The notes under the pieces are model-generated. The model saw only the letters and a program-made list of their open reading frames with translations. It was not told where the DNA came from and ran no database searches. DNA of 64,000 nt from Owenia fusiformis (lineage: Eukaryota): assembly GCA_903813345.2 (NCBI GenBank), contig CAIIXF020000001.1:9858001-9922000 (forward strand), written 5' to 3'. The position numbers and the translations under genes are program-made. The first letter of the stretch is position 1. Each line of letters starts with the position of its first letter. Positions 61,801-64,000 of the stretch are shown piece by piece.

Positions 61801-63122
61801 TAGTGTAGTCCCTGTAGAGGTTTAGGTTCTGTAGCATTATAATACACACATCACACATGGTGAGTTTAACTACATTGTCGTGTCACACTCTCTCTACCTT
61901 TGCTGTTCCTCCTCCAGTTTAATCAATGCATTCTCCAGGTCCATGTTCAAGCTTGTCTGGGAACCATTCTGGTCTTGCTGTAAGATAACAATACATACCA
62001 CTTGCCATCATTATGTACCACTCTCAATACAGAACTCTCATATACATGTATGTGAGTTGTTCTGATCGCTCACTCGCTGCTTAACTTGGATTGAAAGTTG
62101 AAATTATGACCATAAACCAGAAAGTTATATTAACAAAATTGAACGATTGTTGAATTTTTTTATACAACCTACCTCATGTCACAATACCCCAGAGTACAAA
62201 AACCCAGTAGTCTATAATAAGTTTTCTCTTTTTGTGATGTTTTATTTTATGGCCATGTTATTCATATTTCAATCCAAATTTTAACATTCAGGTATTCAGC
62301 TTCCAGATTCCAGCTTCCTTGCAATAAGCAATGCTTGACTTTAAATGCATAAGCTAAGGATGAAATAATACAATTGTACCAATTTCTTGATTTAAAAAGG
62401 TATTTGAGTTGGACAAAATCCACAACATAAAATGGGAATGATGTTTCGAATGACTTGCATGATCAAAAAGCATTTACAAACAGTCACATGCAAATAAAAC
62501 CTTAGCTCATGCATAAGCAGCAAACATTAATGCAAGAACCTACAAAACACAAGGTTGTATATCAGAAAGAACCATACCATAAGCAACCTCTAAAGCAACC
62601 ATGTGAAATACACATTAATAATACATATGTTGCAAATTCTCCATGCTTCTTAAAAACAGAAGTTTCATTGTAAATTTACCACATATGCCCTAAAGGTCTA
62701 AACCAATTTTAACCACAACCCTAATGACAAATTAATGCATTCTAGCCCATTCTAATATTCATAGCATCTCTCACTGTGCAACGTCAGAAGGACAGAGATA
62801 GAGAAGGGTTGGCTAACCATGATGATCCTAGCCAATAAATGATTCATCTCAAGTTGAGGCTTTTTATGAGAATGTTAACTCCATACTGAAGACAGTAAAA
62901 CTGACCATTTATAAGAAGCATGTTCAAAGTTGCAATAGAGGTATCTACAAAGGCTGGATCTGTAACATGCATCACTATTATACACTATACAGACCTCTGC
63001 TGTTCTTCCTCAAGGCGTATCAAAGCTGTTTCTAGATCCATACTATGGTCATCCTCTGCCATACGTAGACGTGCTTCCGTTGTTTCTAAACGTGCTGAAA
63101 GGCTCTCTGTAGTTGTGTTTAG
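49893..63122 (-). CDS. CROCC: Rootletin (ciliary rootlet coiled-coil protein), 3' part; 5' exons lie beyond the window
   Basis: Phase-consistent GT-AG exons: 63122-62995 or 61977-61898, 60823-60658, 59896-59684, 59530-59409, 59175-58366, 58154-58027, 57805-57642, 57401-57171, 57002-56681, 56529-56360, 56189-55813, 55554-55193, 54722-54478, 54271-53833, 53641-53130, 52881-52561, 52316-52177, 51923-51794, 51448-51248, 51004-50835, 50601-50460, 50261-49893. Rootletin signatures DLE.ALI.LEEEQQRSASLA.VN.MLREQLDQA, SFNEYFSAEHGRLLSLWR, SPAFADSTFSAVQAALNKRQLQV. Confidence 0.92.
61898..61977 (-). CDS. CROCC: Rootletin alternative exon B (QDQNGSQTSLNMDLENALIKLEEEQQR)
   Basis: cag acceptor, gt donor, phase 0->2, homologous to 63122-62995. 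Confidence 0.7.
62995..63122 (-). CDS. CROCC: Rootletin alternative exon A (LNTTTESLSARLETTEARLRMAEDDHSMDLETALIRLEEEQQR)
   Basis: cag acceptor, gt donor, phase 0->2. Confidence 0.75.
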
Positions 63123-64000
63123 CTGTAACACGCCATGTATATGTAGCCAAAAGTACAGAAACTTTGCTTTTACCCACTTATTTTTATGTAATAGGTGAAG
63201 TTTCAGAATGATTTGATTTATCAAATTTTAATAAATGTAACTCTGGTGTGGAGAACAATAATGAATTTTTACCAAATATGAAGGGTTCTAAAACATTTCT
63301 ATTTACTAAGGGTTATAACTTTTTATATTTGAAATTTTCTACATGTATTAAGTAAATAACAAAGCAGATACAAGGAATCTCACATCTACAAATGGTAAAA
63401 GTGAAAAGATAAATAAAGGTCCAAATAAAATTAAGTAAATATGTTAAAGATCTAGGTTCAGCTATATTGGGTAAGAAAGTATGAAAGAGTCGTCTTTGTA
63501 CTTATTTCTACTCCTTAAAAATTTCCCATGTGTGCTATGTACAGGGCAAAACATAGGTAGGTAAGAAAAGTCAATCAAATATGGAAAATTTCTTGTCCAT
63601 ATTTGTCTAAGTCTTTCTTTCCTACATATTACCCTTTAAGCTCACATACAAGTCAATTTTTTGAATTCAAGAATGGTTTACTCAGTACAAAGTACTTGAA
63701 ATATCATACTAGTTATCTGGTTAATGCTACATGAATGGTAGATTCACCTGGAATAGAGGCCATATTATAATGTGGTATGTAAGTGTGACATTATTAATCA
63801 AATTAAATGAAAATGTGCACGCTACATCTGAAGTATCTATGTCTGATTGAAACATGCTACAGGAAGCTAAAAATAAATAGGGTGATGACAAATAAACATA
63901 AGATTAATTAAAATTGACTATATTCTAAAATTGATACATAACAATGAAATACTAGGGTACAACTAAACATGAATTGCAAATAGGAAAAATTACAGTATAG

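Noticed and set aside
49873-63198. Plus-strand ORFs over rootletin exons, and antisense ORFs over gag and the LINEs (e.g. 46054-46641)
   Set aside because: Antisense shadows of real coding exons, with Ser/Leu-rich composition and no independent motifs.

Overview
AT-rich, intron-containing animal genomic DNA, probably a marine invertebrate (lophotrochozoan-like; this is inferred from repeat style only). Host loci: an intronless short-chain dehydrogenase/reductase pseudogene (227-1054), a 3-coding-exon PMP22/EMP/claudin-family gene on the minus strand (44091->14901), and the 3' part of a rootletin (CROCC) gene on the minus strand (63122->49893) with a pair of apparently mutually exclusive exons. 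The main feature is two complete, very young Ty3/Gypsy-like LTR elements lying tail-to-tail in the claudin-like gene's first coding intron (17742-24872 +, 26932-41354 -). Each has TG..CA LTRs, a 4-bp TSD, a tRNA-Leu PBS and a PPT. Each encodes only one intact ~960-aa Gag+protease protein with unexplained N- and C-terminal extensions and no RT, RNase H or integrase. Their LTRs are very long (1.9 kb and 5.6 kb) because modular, hairpin-bearing tandem arrays have expanded downstream of the TATA box. The window also holds truncated LINEs, Helentron/HINE-like elements and several MITEs. No tRNA, rRNA or CRISPR array was found.
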